From assembly GCA_040756235.1 (NCBI GenBank), contig JBFLZG010000103.1, positions 8,686-72,685 on the forward strand: 64,000 bases of DNA. The letters are read 5' to 3'. The position numbers and the translations under genes are program-made. Source of the stretch: a bacterium (lineage in GTDB: Bacteria; Desulfobacterota; DSWW01). Positions 1 through 8,881 of the stretch are shown here, piece after piece. Each line of letters opens with the position of its first letter. Positions within the stretch are counted from its first letter, which is position 1. The notes beneath the pieces were generated by a model, which was not told the origin of the DNA, ran no database searches, and saw only the letters and a program-made list of their open reading frames with translations.

Positions 1-282
1 GTGCTGGGAGCGGCAGAGGGGGTGCCCAGAACATCGGGGTGCGCTTCGGTGGATGCGACGGGAATTCACTTCGCGCACCGATATCTGCGCTTTCTCCCAA
101 CCGGCAGCGCCGACCGCTGCGGCTCGCTGTACCTGATCCCCGCGCGAGATCTGCCGGGGCGGAAGGACCGGATGCGCGCGATCTCGGTCATCCTGGCCAC
201 CGGCCGCGTGCAGATGTGGGCCTTCGATCCCCTGGCCGAGTCGCCGTGTGGTGGACTGGGCGCCTGGCACCCTCTGTTCTAG
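1..282 (+). CDS. C-terminal part of a GspH/FimT-like minor pilin (5' end outside the window)
   Basis: RFLPTGSA..GSLYL...RAISVILATGRV resembles the GspH/FimT C-terminal pattern; lies directly upstream of pilV/pilW/pilX-like genes. Confidence 0.55.
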   Translation: MLGAAEGVPRTSGCASVDATGIHFAHRYLRFLPTGSADRCGSLYLIPARDLPGRKDRMRAISVILATGRVQMWAFDPLAESPCGGLGAWHPLF

Positions 283-434
283 AGGCTGTCGATAAATGGC
301 CATCTGCGGCGTTGCGCTCATCCTTCGTCACTGCGGCGTACTGCCATGTACGCCTCGCTCCTCAGGATTTCGCGCGCCTTGCATCTGGCCATTTCTCACC
401 AGCCTCTCAAGAAGGGTGTTTTTCGGTACCTCTT
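281..434. mobile_element. MITE family A copy 1 (core 281-407 plus outer extension)
   Basis: Imperfect terminal inverted repeats AGAGGCTGTCGATAAATGGCCATCTGC / GCATCTGGCCATTTCTCACCAGCCTCT; reverse-complement homologous to 59591-59776 and 63882-64000; begins at the TAG stop of the upstream gene. Confidence 0.75.
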
Positions 435-441
435 ACGACGG

Positions 442-546
442 AGGTGTTGGGTATCGGGTTTCAGGTGTCCGTCGCCACCGCCACGACCCAGGGGACATGC
501 AGAAGTATTTGTCTTGGGCTCTCTTCCTGAAACCTGAAACCTGAAA
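442..546. repeat. Heptamer-armed inverted repeat element, copy 1
   Basis: Left arm AGGTGTT-GGGTATC-GGGTTTC-AGGTGTC, right arm (CCTGAAA)x3 at 526-546; same architecture at 1620-1715. Confidence 0.7.
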
Positions 547-557
547 GGGCAGTGGCC

Positions 558-941
558 ATGGCCGGAACGAAGGCTTTCACCCTGGTGGAGTTGGTCATTG
601 CCATGGCCGTGGCTTCCATCGGCCTGGCGGGTCTCTGGGGCCTCCTGCTGGCCATGGGAGCTTCGCAGGAGCAGACCTCCGCATCCGTGAAGGCCGTGCT
701 GTGCGCCCAGGAGAAGCTGGAGGAGCTTCGTTTTGGAATCGAGACGGGAGAGGCCATGGCCGCGAGCGGGCGGGAGATCCTCTGCGAGGGCGCGTACCGA
801 AGCATGGAAAGGGCCTGGACGCTGCGTGCCTCCTCCCTGCACCTCGATCTGGCGCAGATCGAAGTCGAGTGCGCTTACCTCTGGAAGGGAGAAAGCCGCG
901 TCCAGGGGCTGGCGGCTCTCGTGGTTGGCGGAGGAGGATGA
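558..941 (+). CDS. pilV: Type IV minor pilin, PilV-like (set 1)
   Basis: Class III signal KA|FTLVELVIAMAV with Glu+5; AQEKLEELR helix typical of PilV/GspI. Confidence 0.75.
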   Translation: MAGTKAFTLVELVIAMAVASIGLAGLWGLLLAMGASQEQTSASVKAVLCAQEKLEELRFGIETGEAMAASGREILCEGAYRSMERAWTLRASSLHLDLAQIEVECAYLWKGESRVQGLAALVVGGGG

Positions 942-983
942 CGGCTGCTCGCCAAAGAAGGACGGCCCTACAGGAGGCACGGA

Positions 984-1613
984 ATGCATGGACGCCGCTC
1001 GCCGCGGAAAAAGGCGCGAAGGTCGAAGGGACCCTGCCGGCCGGCCTCTCACCAAGTCCTGCCGGACATCGGAGGGTGGATCCTGGCGGAGATCGTTCCT
1101 GCTCTTGCGATCGCCGTTCTGCTCGTGGGCTTTCTGGTCGAGTCCACGATCGCCGTCCGTCGATGCCTGGGCCACTGGGACAGGGTCCTGCAGACCCGGC
1201 AGTCCCTTGCCGCAGCCCTCTGGTACATGGGGAGAGAGATCCGGATGGGTGGGTGCAACCCCACCGGGGAGGCGAGTCTCGAGGGTGTCGATCTCGTTCC
1301 CGAGTCGTCTGAAGGGCCCGGTCTGAAGCTGGCGATGGACCTTCGAGGAGCTTCGCCCGGGAGCCGGCCCGATGGGGACGCGGATGACCCAGACGAACAG
1401 GTCCGCTACCGCTGGGCAGAGGCGGACGCCGTCCTGTCTCGCAACCGCCAGCCGGTCGCCAGCGGCATCCGGCCCAATCCGGCCGGAGAGCCCCTCTTCT
1501 CGATGCGCAGGAACGGGGACCGCGTCCTGGTCCGGCTGTTTCTGACCGCTGGCTCTTCGCACGAGGAGGCCATGAGCCTGTCCACGTCTGTGGCCGTTCG
1601 CAACGTCCAGTGA
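984..1613 (+). CDS. pilW: Type IV minor pilin, PilW-like (set 1)
   Basis: AGGAGG RBS; GG|WILAE hydrophobic segment; MGREIRMGG motif typical of PilW. Confidence 0.7.
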   Translation: MHGRRSPRKKARRSKGPCRPASHQVLPDIGGWILAEIVPALAIAVLLVGFLVESTIAVRRCLGHWDRVLQTRQSLAAALWYMGREIRMGGCNPTGEASLEGVDLVPESSEGPGLKLAMDLRGASPGSRPDGDADDPDEQVRYRWAEADAVLSRNRQPVASGIRPNPAGEPLFSMRRNGDRVLVRLFLTAGSSHEEAMSLSTSVAVRNVQ

Positions 1614-1619
1614 AAGAAA

Positions 1620-1715
1620 AGGTGTCAGGTATCGGGTGTCAGGTTTCAGGGGAAGACCTAAGAAAAGGGATCAAGTTCTTAGGGATCCGGCGGCCTGACA
1701 CCTGATACCCGGAAA
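1620..1715. repeat. Heptamer-armed inverted repeat element, copy 2
   Basis: AGGTGTC-AGGTATC-GGGTGTC-AGGTTTC left arm, inner stem CCTAAGAA/TTCTTAGG, right arm CCTGACA-CCTGATA-CCCGGAA. Confidence 0.7.
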
Positions 1716-1725
1716 GGGGTTCGCC

Positions 1726-2265
1726 GTGCATCTCGGATCCCCATGCCAGGATCGGCGTCAGGGTACCGTTCTCCTGTTCACCCTGATCCTGTCGGCTTTT
1801 CTGTCCGGTCTCCTCCTGCTCGCCACAACGGCCAGGATCTTCGACGCGAAAGGGTCCCGGTTCCTCGAGGAATCGATCCGCCTCCTGTATCTTGCGGACA
1901 GCGGGTTGGCCCATGGGCAGGCATACTGCATGACCCGCGGCGCCGACGCTCTGGACCCGGAGGGGGGCGAGACGGGAGACGGGGAAGCCGCAGGAGACCA
2001 AGGAGAAGGCGAGGGAGGGGCCGGAGGAGCCGGCGAAATCGCTTACGAAGATCGGCCTTTCGGCCGATGGATATCATTCGGAGGGGGGCAGTACAGGCTC
2101 GAGGCTTTTGACCTGACCCGCCAAAGCTCGCCTTATCTGGCGCGGGACTCCGGGGTCCTTCTGGTCTGCACGTCCTCCGTGGCCGGGATGCCGGGAAGGA
2201 AGCTTTGCCTTCTGCTCGATGGACCGCCCGCCTGGAAGCGGCTGGCCTGGTGGGAGCCCGAGTGA
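1726..2265 (+). CDS. pilX: PilX-like minor pilin (set 1)
   Basis: RRQG|TVLLFTLIL signal lacking Glu+5 and YLADSGL motif, both typical of PilX N-termini. Confidence 0.65.
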   Translation: MHLGSPCQDRRQGTVLLFTLILSAFLSGLLLLATTARIFDAKGSRFLEESIRLLYLADSGLAHGQAYCMTRGADALDPEGGETGDGEAAGDQGEGEGGAGGAGEIAYEDRPFGRWISFGGGQYRLEAFDLTRQSSPYLARDSGVLLVCTSSVAGMPGRKLCLLLDGPPAWKRLAWWEPE

Positions 2266-2324
2266 GGGCTGCCCCGTGCCGTGCCCGACTCCCTGCCTCT
2301 CGGATCTCTCGGGACGCTTGCGGC

Positions 2325-2340
2325 TGGTACATGGATTGCA
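2325..2340 (+). promoter_or_regulatory. Candidate sigma54 (-24/-12) promoter upstream of pilM
   Basis: TGGTACATGGATTGCA fits TGG-N10-GC with TTGCA. Confidence 0.55.
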
Positions 2341-2530
2341 CTGAACGCTGTCTCAAAACGAGAGAGGGCCTCATGGAACTTCAGATAAACGATCGGAACA
2401 ACAACAAAAACAATCTGCTCCGGGGTGCTCGGAAGGCTCCGGAACAGATCATTTTCGCTCTGCTTTCAGCCCCTTAGTCTGAATGCGCGTCAGATGGGGA
2501 TAAATTGCTTCCACAACGAGCCGATAAGCC

Positions 2531-2560
2531 TTGACAAAAATGACAAATTTCATTCATGAT
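2531..2560 (+). promoter_or_regulatory. Candidate sigma70 promoter upstream of pilM
   Basis: TTGACA-N18-CATGAT in an AT-rich patch. Confidence 0.35.
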
Positions 2561-2805
2561 CCGTCAGCCTCTTGACCCCCCGCAAGCCGCGCCGGGGAAG
2601 CCCGGGAGTTACGAAAATGTGCCAGTCAAACCGAAAGAGCTTCCGTTCGAGCGAGGGTGCGGCAACCGAGCTCGACCGCATATGGTCGGACGACTTGAGA
2701 GGGGCTCGACCGCAGCATCGGTCGTCCGGGAGGCAAGCCGAAAGCAGGGGCCCGGAGCCCCGGCACCCCAAAGTTGGATGAACTAGTTACAAAAGAGGAA
2801 CTTTC

Positions 2806-3876
2806 ATGCTGCTTGGCAAAAAGAACCATCTCTTCGCGCTGGACATCGGCTCGAGCTCGCTCAAGCTGGCAGAGGTCCGAAGCAATGGGAGGGGATATCA
2901 GCTTCTCAACGCAGGCATGATGCCCTTGCCTCCTGACGCCATCGTGGAGGGGGCCATCATGAACGCCTCGGCCGTGGTCGAGGCGATCCGCAACCTGCTG
3001 GAGGTGCATCGGCCCCGCACCCGCAACGTGGCCACCTCGGTTTCCGGCCACTCGGTCATCATCAAGAAGATCAGCCTGCCCTCCATGTCGCCGGAAGAGC
3101 TCTCCCAGTCCATCCAGTGGGAGGCGGAGCAGTACGTGCCCTTCAACATCCACGAGGTCAACCTGGACTACCAGATCCTGCCGGCTGCGCCCGGCGCCAA
3201 GGGAGAGGGATCGGATCAGATGAGCGTCCTGCTCGTGGCGGCCAAGAAAGAGCTCGTGGAGGACTATGCCACGCTGCTGCGCGAGGCGGACCTTCGACCG
3301 GTGCTGATCGACGTGGACTCCTTCGCCGTGGAAAACATGTACGAGGCCAATTACGAAACCGAGGAGGACGAGCTCGTCGCCTTGTTCAACATCGGCGCGA
3401 GCGTGACCAACATCAACGTGTTCAAGGACGGCGTCTCCCTGTTCACCCGGGACATCCACTTCGGCGGCAACCAGTTCAATGAAGAGATCCAGAAGGACTT
3501 GAGCGTCGGCGTGCACGAGGCCGAGCAGTTGAAGATCGGCCTGCCCGGGACCGCGAACACCGGGGCCGAGGTCCGGGACATCCTCGGCCGCGTCACCGAA
3601 ACGCTGCTCACGGAGGTCCAGCGCTCGCTCGAGTTCTTTGCGGCAAGCTCCGGAGAGCAGCGGATTCACAAAGTCGTGCTCTGCGGCGGATGCTCATCGA
3701 TGAACGGTCTGGTGGAAAAGACCGAGGAGCGGCTCGGCATCCCGGTGGAGCAGGCCGATCCGTTCCGTAAGGTCACGGTCGATTCCTCCCGGTGGAAATC
3801 GGACTACCTGCGCGGGATCGCTCCGTTCATGGGCGTCAGCATGGGCCTCGCCATCCGGAGGGTAGGAGAACAATGA
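2806..3876 (+). CDS. pilM: Type IV pilus assembly protein PilM
   Basis: ALDIGSSSLK actin-like N-terminus, EAEQYVPF, VVLCGG; first gene of the MNOPQ cluster. Confidence 0.95.
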   Translation: MLLGKKNHLFALDIGSSSLKLAEVRSNGRGYQLLNAGMMPLPPDAIVEGAIMNASAVVEAIRNLLEVHRPRTRNVATSVSGHSVIIKKISLPSMSPEELSQSIQWEAEQYVPFNIHEVNLDYQILPAAPGAKGEGSDQMSVLLVAAKKELVEDYATLLREADLRPVLIDVDSFAVENMYEANYETEEDELVALFNIGASVTNINVFKDGVSLFTRDIHFGGNQFNEEIQKDLSVGVHEAEQLKIGLPGTANTGAEVRDILGRVTETLLTEVQRSLEFFAASSGEQRIHKVVLCGGCSSMNGLVEKTEERLGIPVEQADPFRKVTVDSSRWKSDYLRGIAPFMGVSMGLAIRRVGEQ

Positions 3877-4466
3877 TACGGATCAATCTGCTATCGGACC
3901 GGGAGGCGATCCGCAAGGAGAGCGTCCGGCAGCAACTGTCGATCTACCTGTTGAGCCTCGTGCTCACCGCGGTCGTGCTGGGCGGCATCCAGTTCACGCT
4001 CTTCCAAAAGAAGCGGGGTCTCGAAGAGGACGTCGCCCGGGTCGATCAGGAGCTCAAGGAGCTCAAGCTCAAGGTCGGTGAGGTGGAGAAATACAAGGAG
4101 GCCAAGAAGGAGCTGGAGACCAAGCTCGCCGTCATCGAGACGCTCGAGAAGGGAAAGATGCTCACCGCCACGTTGCTGGACGGCATCGCGGAGCGGATCC
4201 CGGACAAGATGTGGCTGGAGCGGCTCGTTCTCAAAGGCAGCCAGCTTTCCCTCCAGGGCTACGCCATCGACAACGAGACGATCGCCAATTTCATGAAGGA
4301 CCTGGAAAAGTCGCAATCCTTTCGCAACATCGAGCTACAGCTCACGGAGCAGAAGACGGTGGAAGGCGTCGGCATGAAGCATTTCTCCCTGGTGACCTCC
4401 ATGCGCCCGCCCGCGGGGGCCGATGCGCCAGAGGCCGGAACGAAGGTCGTCCAGAAGAAACAGTGA
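3873..4466 (+). CDS. pilN: Type IV pilus assembly protein PilN
   Basis: MIRINLL N-terminus, TM helix, coiled coil, IPDKMWL; ATGA overlap with pilM. Confidence 0.93.
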   Translation: MIRINLLSDREAIRKESVRQQLSIYLLSLVLTAVVLGGIQFTLFQKKRGLEEDVARVDQELKELKLKVGEVEKYKEAKKELETKLAVIETLEKGKMLTATLLDGIAERIPDKMWLERLVLKGSQLSLQGYAIDNETIANFMKDLEKSQSFRNIELQLTEQKTVEGVGMKHFSLVTSMRPPAGADAPEAGTKVVQKKQ

Positions 4467-4504
4467 CTCCAAGGCCTCACGCGCTGAGGCGCAAACGGTG
4501 ACCC

Positions 4505-5149
4505 ATGGAACTGTCTCCGCAGAATCTCGTGAAGCTGGACCGGTCCAAGAAGATCGCTGTGCTGGTCGGGACCATCCTGCTGGTGTGCGCGGCCTATGTC
4601 TGGCTCTTCTTTCTGCCGACGCGGGCGCGTATCAGCGAGCTGGATGGACGGTTGGGCAAGCTGCTCGACCAGAAGGCCGAACAGGAGGCGATCGCCCAGA
4701 ACCTGCAGACGTTCAAGCAGGAGTACGAACGGCTGGAGAGCTCTCTCCGGGCAGCCATGTCCCAGTTGCCCAACAAGAAGGAGATCCCCACTCTTCTGGA
4801 GAACATTTCCAACCTGGGCCGGGAGTCCGGCCTGGAGCTGCCCCTGTTCCGGCCCGGCCTGGAGCAGCCCAAGGAGTTCTACGCCGAGGTGCCGATCGAC
4901 ATCAAGCTCGTCGGGCCGTTCCAGAACATGCTGGCCTTCTACTACAGCGTGGGCGAGCTGCCGAGGATCGTGAACATCACCGAGCTCACGGTCGAACGCG
5001 CAAAGGGGGACAGCTCTCCCCCGGTCCTGGAAGCGTCCTGCAAGGCCTTGACCTACAAGTTCCTCGAGGAAGCGGAAAGGGCCCAGGCGGCCGAGAAGAG
5101 CCAGAAGCAGAAGCAGAAGAAGAGAAACACCTCCGCACAGGAAGAGTAA
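4505..5149 (+). CDS. pilO: Type IV pilus assembly protein PilO
   Basis: QLPNKKEIPTLLENIS, FYAEVPI, LPRIVNI motifs. Confidence 0.93.
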   Translation: MELSPQNLVKLDRSKKIAVLVGTILLVCAAYVWLFFLPTRARISELDGRLGKLLDQKAEQEAIAQNLQTFKQEYERLESSLRAAMSQLPNKKEIPTLLENISNLGRESGLELPLFRPGLEQPKEFYAEVPIDIKLVGPFQNMLAFYYSVGELPRIVNITELTVERAKGDSSPPVLEASCKALTYKFLEEAERAQAAEKSQKQKQKKRNTSAQEE

Positions 5150-5154
5150 AGGCA

Positions 5155-5922
5155 ATGGAACGATCAGGGGGAGCTCGCAGGAAGAGGAAGTGCGCAGCGA
5201 TCGAAAGGTGCGCGTCCGCCGTGATCGCGCTGGCCCTGGCCTTGGCCGCACCGTGTCTCCTTTCCGGCTGCAAGGACCGGGATGCGCAGCCCGGGCCCAC
5301 GGTGAAGCGGGTGGCCCCGGCGGTGAAGGCGACGGGCTCCGAGCCGAAGGCCGCGAAAGCGCCCGGGGAGACGACGAGCCCGGCGGAGGCGCCGGCTGAG
5401 GCCGAGGAGGCGGAAGCCGCGCAGGACCCGGTTGACGCCGAAGAATCTGCCGCCGTGCAGGATGCTGCCGGCGCCGAAGAGGCTGCCGCAGCGCAGGACG
5501 CTGCTGTCACCGAAGAGGTGGCCATTGTGTCTCCTGCAAGCCCGCTGCCTCCGTCAGCCCCTGCGGGCCGGATGCGACCGAAGCGGGACCCGTTCAAGTC
5601 TTTCGTGGAAGTGCGGGCGCCCGTGGCCGTCCAGAGATCTTCCAAGGCGCTCACCCCCCTTCAGATGTACAAACTCGAGCAGCTCAAGGTGGTCGGTATT
5701 CTCATGGGGGAGACCATCAAGAAAGCCCTCCTGGAAGACGATGTAGGAAAAGGCTACATGGTCCAGGAAGGGGATCTGGTGGGAGACCAGGACGGGAAGA
5801 TCACTTCGATCGAGAAGGACAGGATCGTTGTGGAGGAAAGCTATCGGGATCCTCTGGGGGAGCCGAAGGCGAGACGGACCGTGAAGAGGCTGTATTCAAG
5901 TGAGGAAGGAGAGAATCCATGA
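5155..5922 (+). CDS. pilP: Type IV pilus lipoprotein PilP with acidic Ala-rich linker
   Basis: Lipobox LSGC; KRDPF, PLQMYKLEQLKVVGI and GD-VG..GKI motifs. Confidence 0.9.
   Translation: MERSGGARRKRKCAAIERCASAVIALALALAAPCLLSGCKDRDAQPGPTVKRVAPAVKATGSEPKAAKAPGETTSPAEAPAEAEEAEAAQDPVDAEESAAVQDAAGAEEAAAAQDAAVTEEVAIVSPASPLPPSAPAGRMRPKRDPFKSFVEVRAPVAVQRSSKALTPLQMYKLEQLKVVGILMGETIKKALLEDDVGKGYMVQEGDLVGDQDGKITSIEKDRIVVEESYRDPLGEPKARRTVKRLYSSEEGENP
5401..5523 (+). repeat. In-frame 36-bp tandem repeat (~3.4 copies) in the pilP linker
   Basis: AEEAEAAQDPVD / AEESAAVQDAAG / AEEAAAAQDAAV / TEE. Confidence 0.75.
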
Positions 5923-8786
5923 CCCTGTTCCCGCTGGTGACAGAACGCCATGCAGCCAGCCGTGAGACCGCCTGTGGCCAGGGCAGAAAAGGATTCCGCG
6001 TGGCTCGTCCGGGAGGAGGTGCGCTCGAACCTTGTCTGGCCTGCGGTTTGGCCGTTCTGCTTCTCGTGGCAGGCTGTGCCACAGGAGAGGGGCAACTTGC
6101 CGTCGACTCCGGACAGGTCCCATCCGACTCCGTGAACGTCCTGGAACAGGTAACGGTTGCCACCGAGCCGGATTCCACTCGGGTGACGCTGACCGGAAGA
6201 GCGCCCCTGCGGTATACCGTCTTTCCGGCAACGGGCCCGAACCGGATCCTGGTCTATCTCCAAAACGCTGAAGTCCAGCCCCTTTCCCTTCCCGATCCCC
6301 TCGACCGGGGCGGGGTTCACCGAATTTACCCTGAGCTCGTGGACAAGGAAGGCGATCCGTTGACTCGAATCGTGATCGAGCTCGCGGAGCCGCTGGAGCA
6401 AACCGTCCGAGAAGATGGCAAGAGCCTCCACCTGATATTCGCCCGGCAAAATGCCACGGCCCCTGAGATCGTCACCGAGGATCCGGGGACGGAGCTTGCG
6501 GCCGGAGAGGACCTTCAGGCTCTCGCCGAGACCGCAGGCGCGGACGGACGGTCCGTGCATCCGGCTGAAGGCACGGCGGGACCCGCCTCCGACGCTCCGC
6601 AGGAGCGCTGGGAGCAGGATGGGATGATCGAGGAGTTCGGCGGCCCCTTCACGCGGATCACGCTCCAGGGGGTCGTGCGGGAAGACGGTTACAAGTACTT
6701 CCGGCTTCCGGATCCGCCGCGCCTGGTGGTGGACGTGGAGAACCCGCCGGCCGTGCCCTCCTTCGATACGGTAGCCTTGAAGGGAGAGGCGTTCGAGCAG
6801 CTGCGGGTGGGGCGCTATCCGGACAAGGTCCGGTTCGTTCTGGACATGCGGGGCCAGGAGCTTGCCGCCCCGGCGGTGCGCGCCGAAGACGGCAGCCTCG
6901 TCATCGAGTCCCGGGTCGCGCAAGCCGGCCCGGCTGCGGCTGCAGAGACCTCGGCAACCGCATCCTGGGAGCCCATCGAGGTCACGGGCGTGGAGGTCCT
7001 GCAGACGCCGCGTTCCTCGGACGTGATCATCCGCACCGCAGGCAAGGCGACGTTCGACGTGCGCGAGCTCGACCGGGAGATCGTGATCGTGCTGCCGGGG
7101 GCCTCGATCCCGGAGAGCCTGCAGAAGCCCGTGGAAGCCGGCGCTCCGGCGTCGGCAGTGGCTGCGGTCGTTCCGAGACAGGTGGGGAGCGGCCCGACCG
7201 GTCAGGCCAGAGTTGCGGTCCGCATGAATGAGAAGAGACCCTACCTGGTCCAGCAGGAGAACGGCTCCATCCGGGTGAGCGTGCAGCTCCTGGAGAAGGC
7301 GCCGGAGCTGCCTCCGCCTCCCTCCGCAGAGATCGCTCAGGCGCCCCAGCCCGTGCTGTCGCCGGAACGCAAGCCTCCGGAGGCCGGACCGAAAGCTCCC
7401 GAGCCGGCACGGGAGCCTGCGGTCAGGCCGCAGGTGGTGCGGGAGCCCAGGCCTATCGTGGCCGCGCAAGCCGGTCCCGACCACATCATCCGCTACAACG
7501 GGAAGAGAATCTCTCTGGATTTCAAGGACGCCGATATCCAGAACGTCCTGCGGCTCATCGCCGAGGTCAGCGGGAAGAACATCGTGATCAGCGATGCGGT
7601 CCAGGGCAAGGTGACGATCCGGCTCATGGAGGTCCCCTGGGACATGGCGCTCGACGTGATCCTCAGGACGTACGGCCTGGGCCAGGAGGAGATGGGGCCC
7701 AACATCCTGCGCATTGCGCCGTTCACGCAGCTCAAGAAGGAGCGGGAGGAGGCCCTGAAGGCAGACGAAGCCCTCGAGAACGTGGAGCCTCTGGCCGTTC
7801 AGATCGTGCCGGTGAACTATGCGCGGGCGAAGGATCTCGAGCCGGTGCTTGCCCGGTTCCGGAGCAAGAGGACAGAGGCAGGGATCCTGGTGGACGGACG
7901 CACCAACTCCATCATCATCCGCGACTTGCAGGTCAACATCGACGAGATGCTGCGCGTGATCCGGGATCTGGATACCCAGACGCCGCAGGTGCTGATCGAG
8001 GCCAAGATCGTGGAGCTGGCCGTGGACTTCGAGCGTGAGCTGGGGGTTCAGTGGGGAGCGCTCTACCGGGCCAGCCCGGCAACCGGAAACGCCACGGGGC
8101 TCAACTTCCCGAACAACGTCGGGATCGGCGGAGTGGTCGACCAGGTCACCGGCTCCCAGGTCCCGGGCGTGTCCAACCCCGTGATCAACCTGCCCGCCGC
8201 GATCGACACCACCGCGGGCGGCGCCCTGGGTCTTTCCCTGGGCTCGCTGACGAACTCTTTCCGGCTCGATGCGCAGCTGAGCGCCCTCGAGAAGCAGCGC
8301 AAGGCGCGGGTGCTCTCCAGCCCGCGAGTGGCGACCCTGAACAACCAGGAAGCGAGGATCGAGCAGGGCCAGGAGGTGCCGTATCAGACGACTTCGGATG
8401 AGGGCACCAAGACCGAATTCAAAGACGCCAAGCTCCGGCTCTCGGTCACGCCGCAGATCACGTTCGACCGCAGCATCGTCATGGCGATCGTCGTGAGCAA
8501 CGACACGCCGATCAAGGACCCTACGGTCGGCTTCATCATCCAGAAGAAGGAGGCGCAGACGTCGGCTCTCGTGAAAGACGGAGAGACGGCCGTGATCGGA
8601 GGGATCTTCACCGACAACGATTCGACCACGGTGGGTGGGGTTCCCTTCTTCAAGGACATCCCGGTCGTTGGGCACGCTTTCCGGAAGGATGGCAAGTCCG
8701 ATCTGAGGTCCGAGCTCGTGATCTTCATCACGCCGCACATCATTCCGATCAAGCAGGAGAGGGCGGCAGGGGAGTGGGTCCAGTAA
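5919..8786 (+). CDS. pilQ: Type IV pilus secretin PilQ with N-terminal AMIN-like domains
   Basis: YNGKRISLDFKDADI, PQVLIEAKIVE, LSSPRV, GVPFFKDIPVVG, ELVIFITPHI; lipobox VAGC; PPRLVVDV AMIN motif. Confidence 0.95.
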   Translation: MTLFPLVTERHAASRETACGQGRKGFRVARPGGGALEPCLACGLAVLLLVAGCATGEGQLAVDSGQVPSDSVNVLEQVTVATEPDSTRVTLTGRAPLRYTVFPATGPNRILVYLQNAEVQPLSLPDPLDRGGVHRIYPELVDKEGDPLTRIVIELAEPLEQTVREDGKSLHLIFARQNATAPEIVTEDPGTELAAGEDLQALAETAGADGRSVHPAEGTAGPASDAPQERWEQDGMIEEFGGPFTRITLQGVVREDGYKYFRLPDPPRLVVDVENPPAVPSFDTVALKGEAFEQLRVGRYPDKVRFVLDMRGQELAAPAVRAEDGSLVIESRVAQAGPAAAAETSATASWEPIEVTGVEVLQTPRSSDVIIRTAGKATFDVRELDREIVIVLPGASIPESLQKPVEAGAPASAVAAVVPRQVGSGPTGQARVAVRMNEKRPYLVQQENGSIRVSVQLLEKAPELPPPPSAEIAQAPQPVLSPERKPPEAGPKAPEPAREPAVRPQVVREPRPIVAAQAGPDHIIRYNGKRISLDFKDADIQNVLRLIAEVSGKNIVISDAVQGKVTIRLMEVPWDMALDVILRTYGLGQEEMGPNILRIAPFTQLKKEREEALKADEALENVEPLAVQIVPVNYARAKDLEPVLARFRSKRTEAGILVDGRTNSIIIRDLQVNIDEMLRVIRDLDTQTPQVLIEAKIVELAVDFERELGVQWGALYRASPATGNATGLNFPNNVGIGGVVDQVTGSQVPGVSNPVINLPAAIDTTAGGALGLSLGSLTNSFRLDAQLSALEKQRKARVLSSPRVATLNNQEARIEQGQEVPYQTTSDEGTKTEFKDAKLRLSVTPQITFDRSIVMAIVVSNDTPIKDPTVGFIIQKKEAQTSALVKDGETAVIGGIFTDNDSTTVGGVPFFKDIPVVGHAFRKDGKSDLRSELVIFITPHIIPIKQERAAGEWVQ

Positions 8787-8881
8787 TATCGACCCCGGCA
8801 GGACACCGTCGAAGATTGGAGATACCGGGCACGTCGGAGCGACAGATAGAGCCATTTCCAAGTAGAAGGAGAGAATGAGCA

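Noticed and set aside
2580..2790. c-di-GMP-I (GEMM) riboswitch upstream of pilM
   Set aside because: I could not find the GCAAA...GAAA...GACGCAAAGC core; an Rfam search would be decisive.
4423..5154. Long N-terminal extension of pilP overlapping pilO
   Set aside because: An alternative open frame; the lipoprotein signal starts at ATG 5155.
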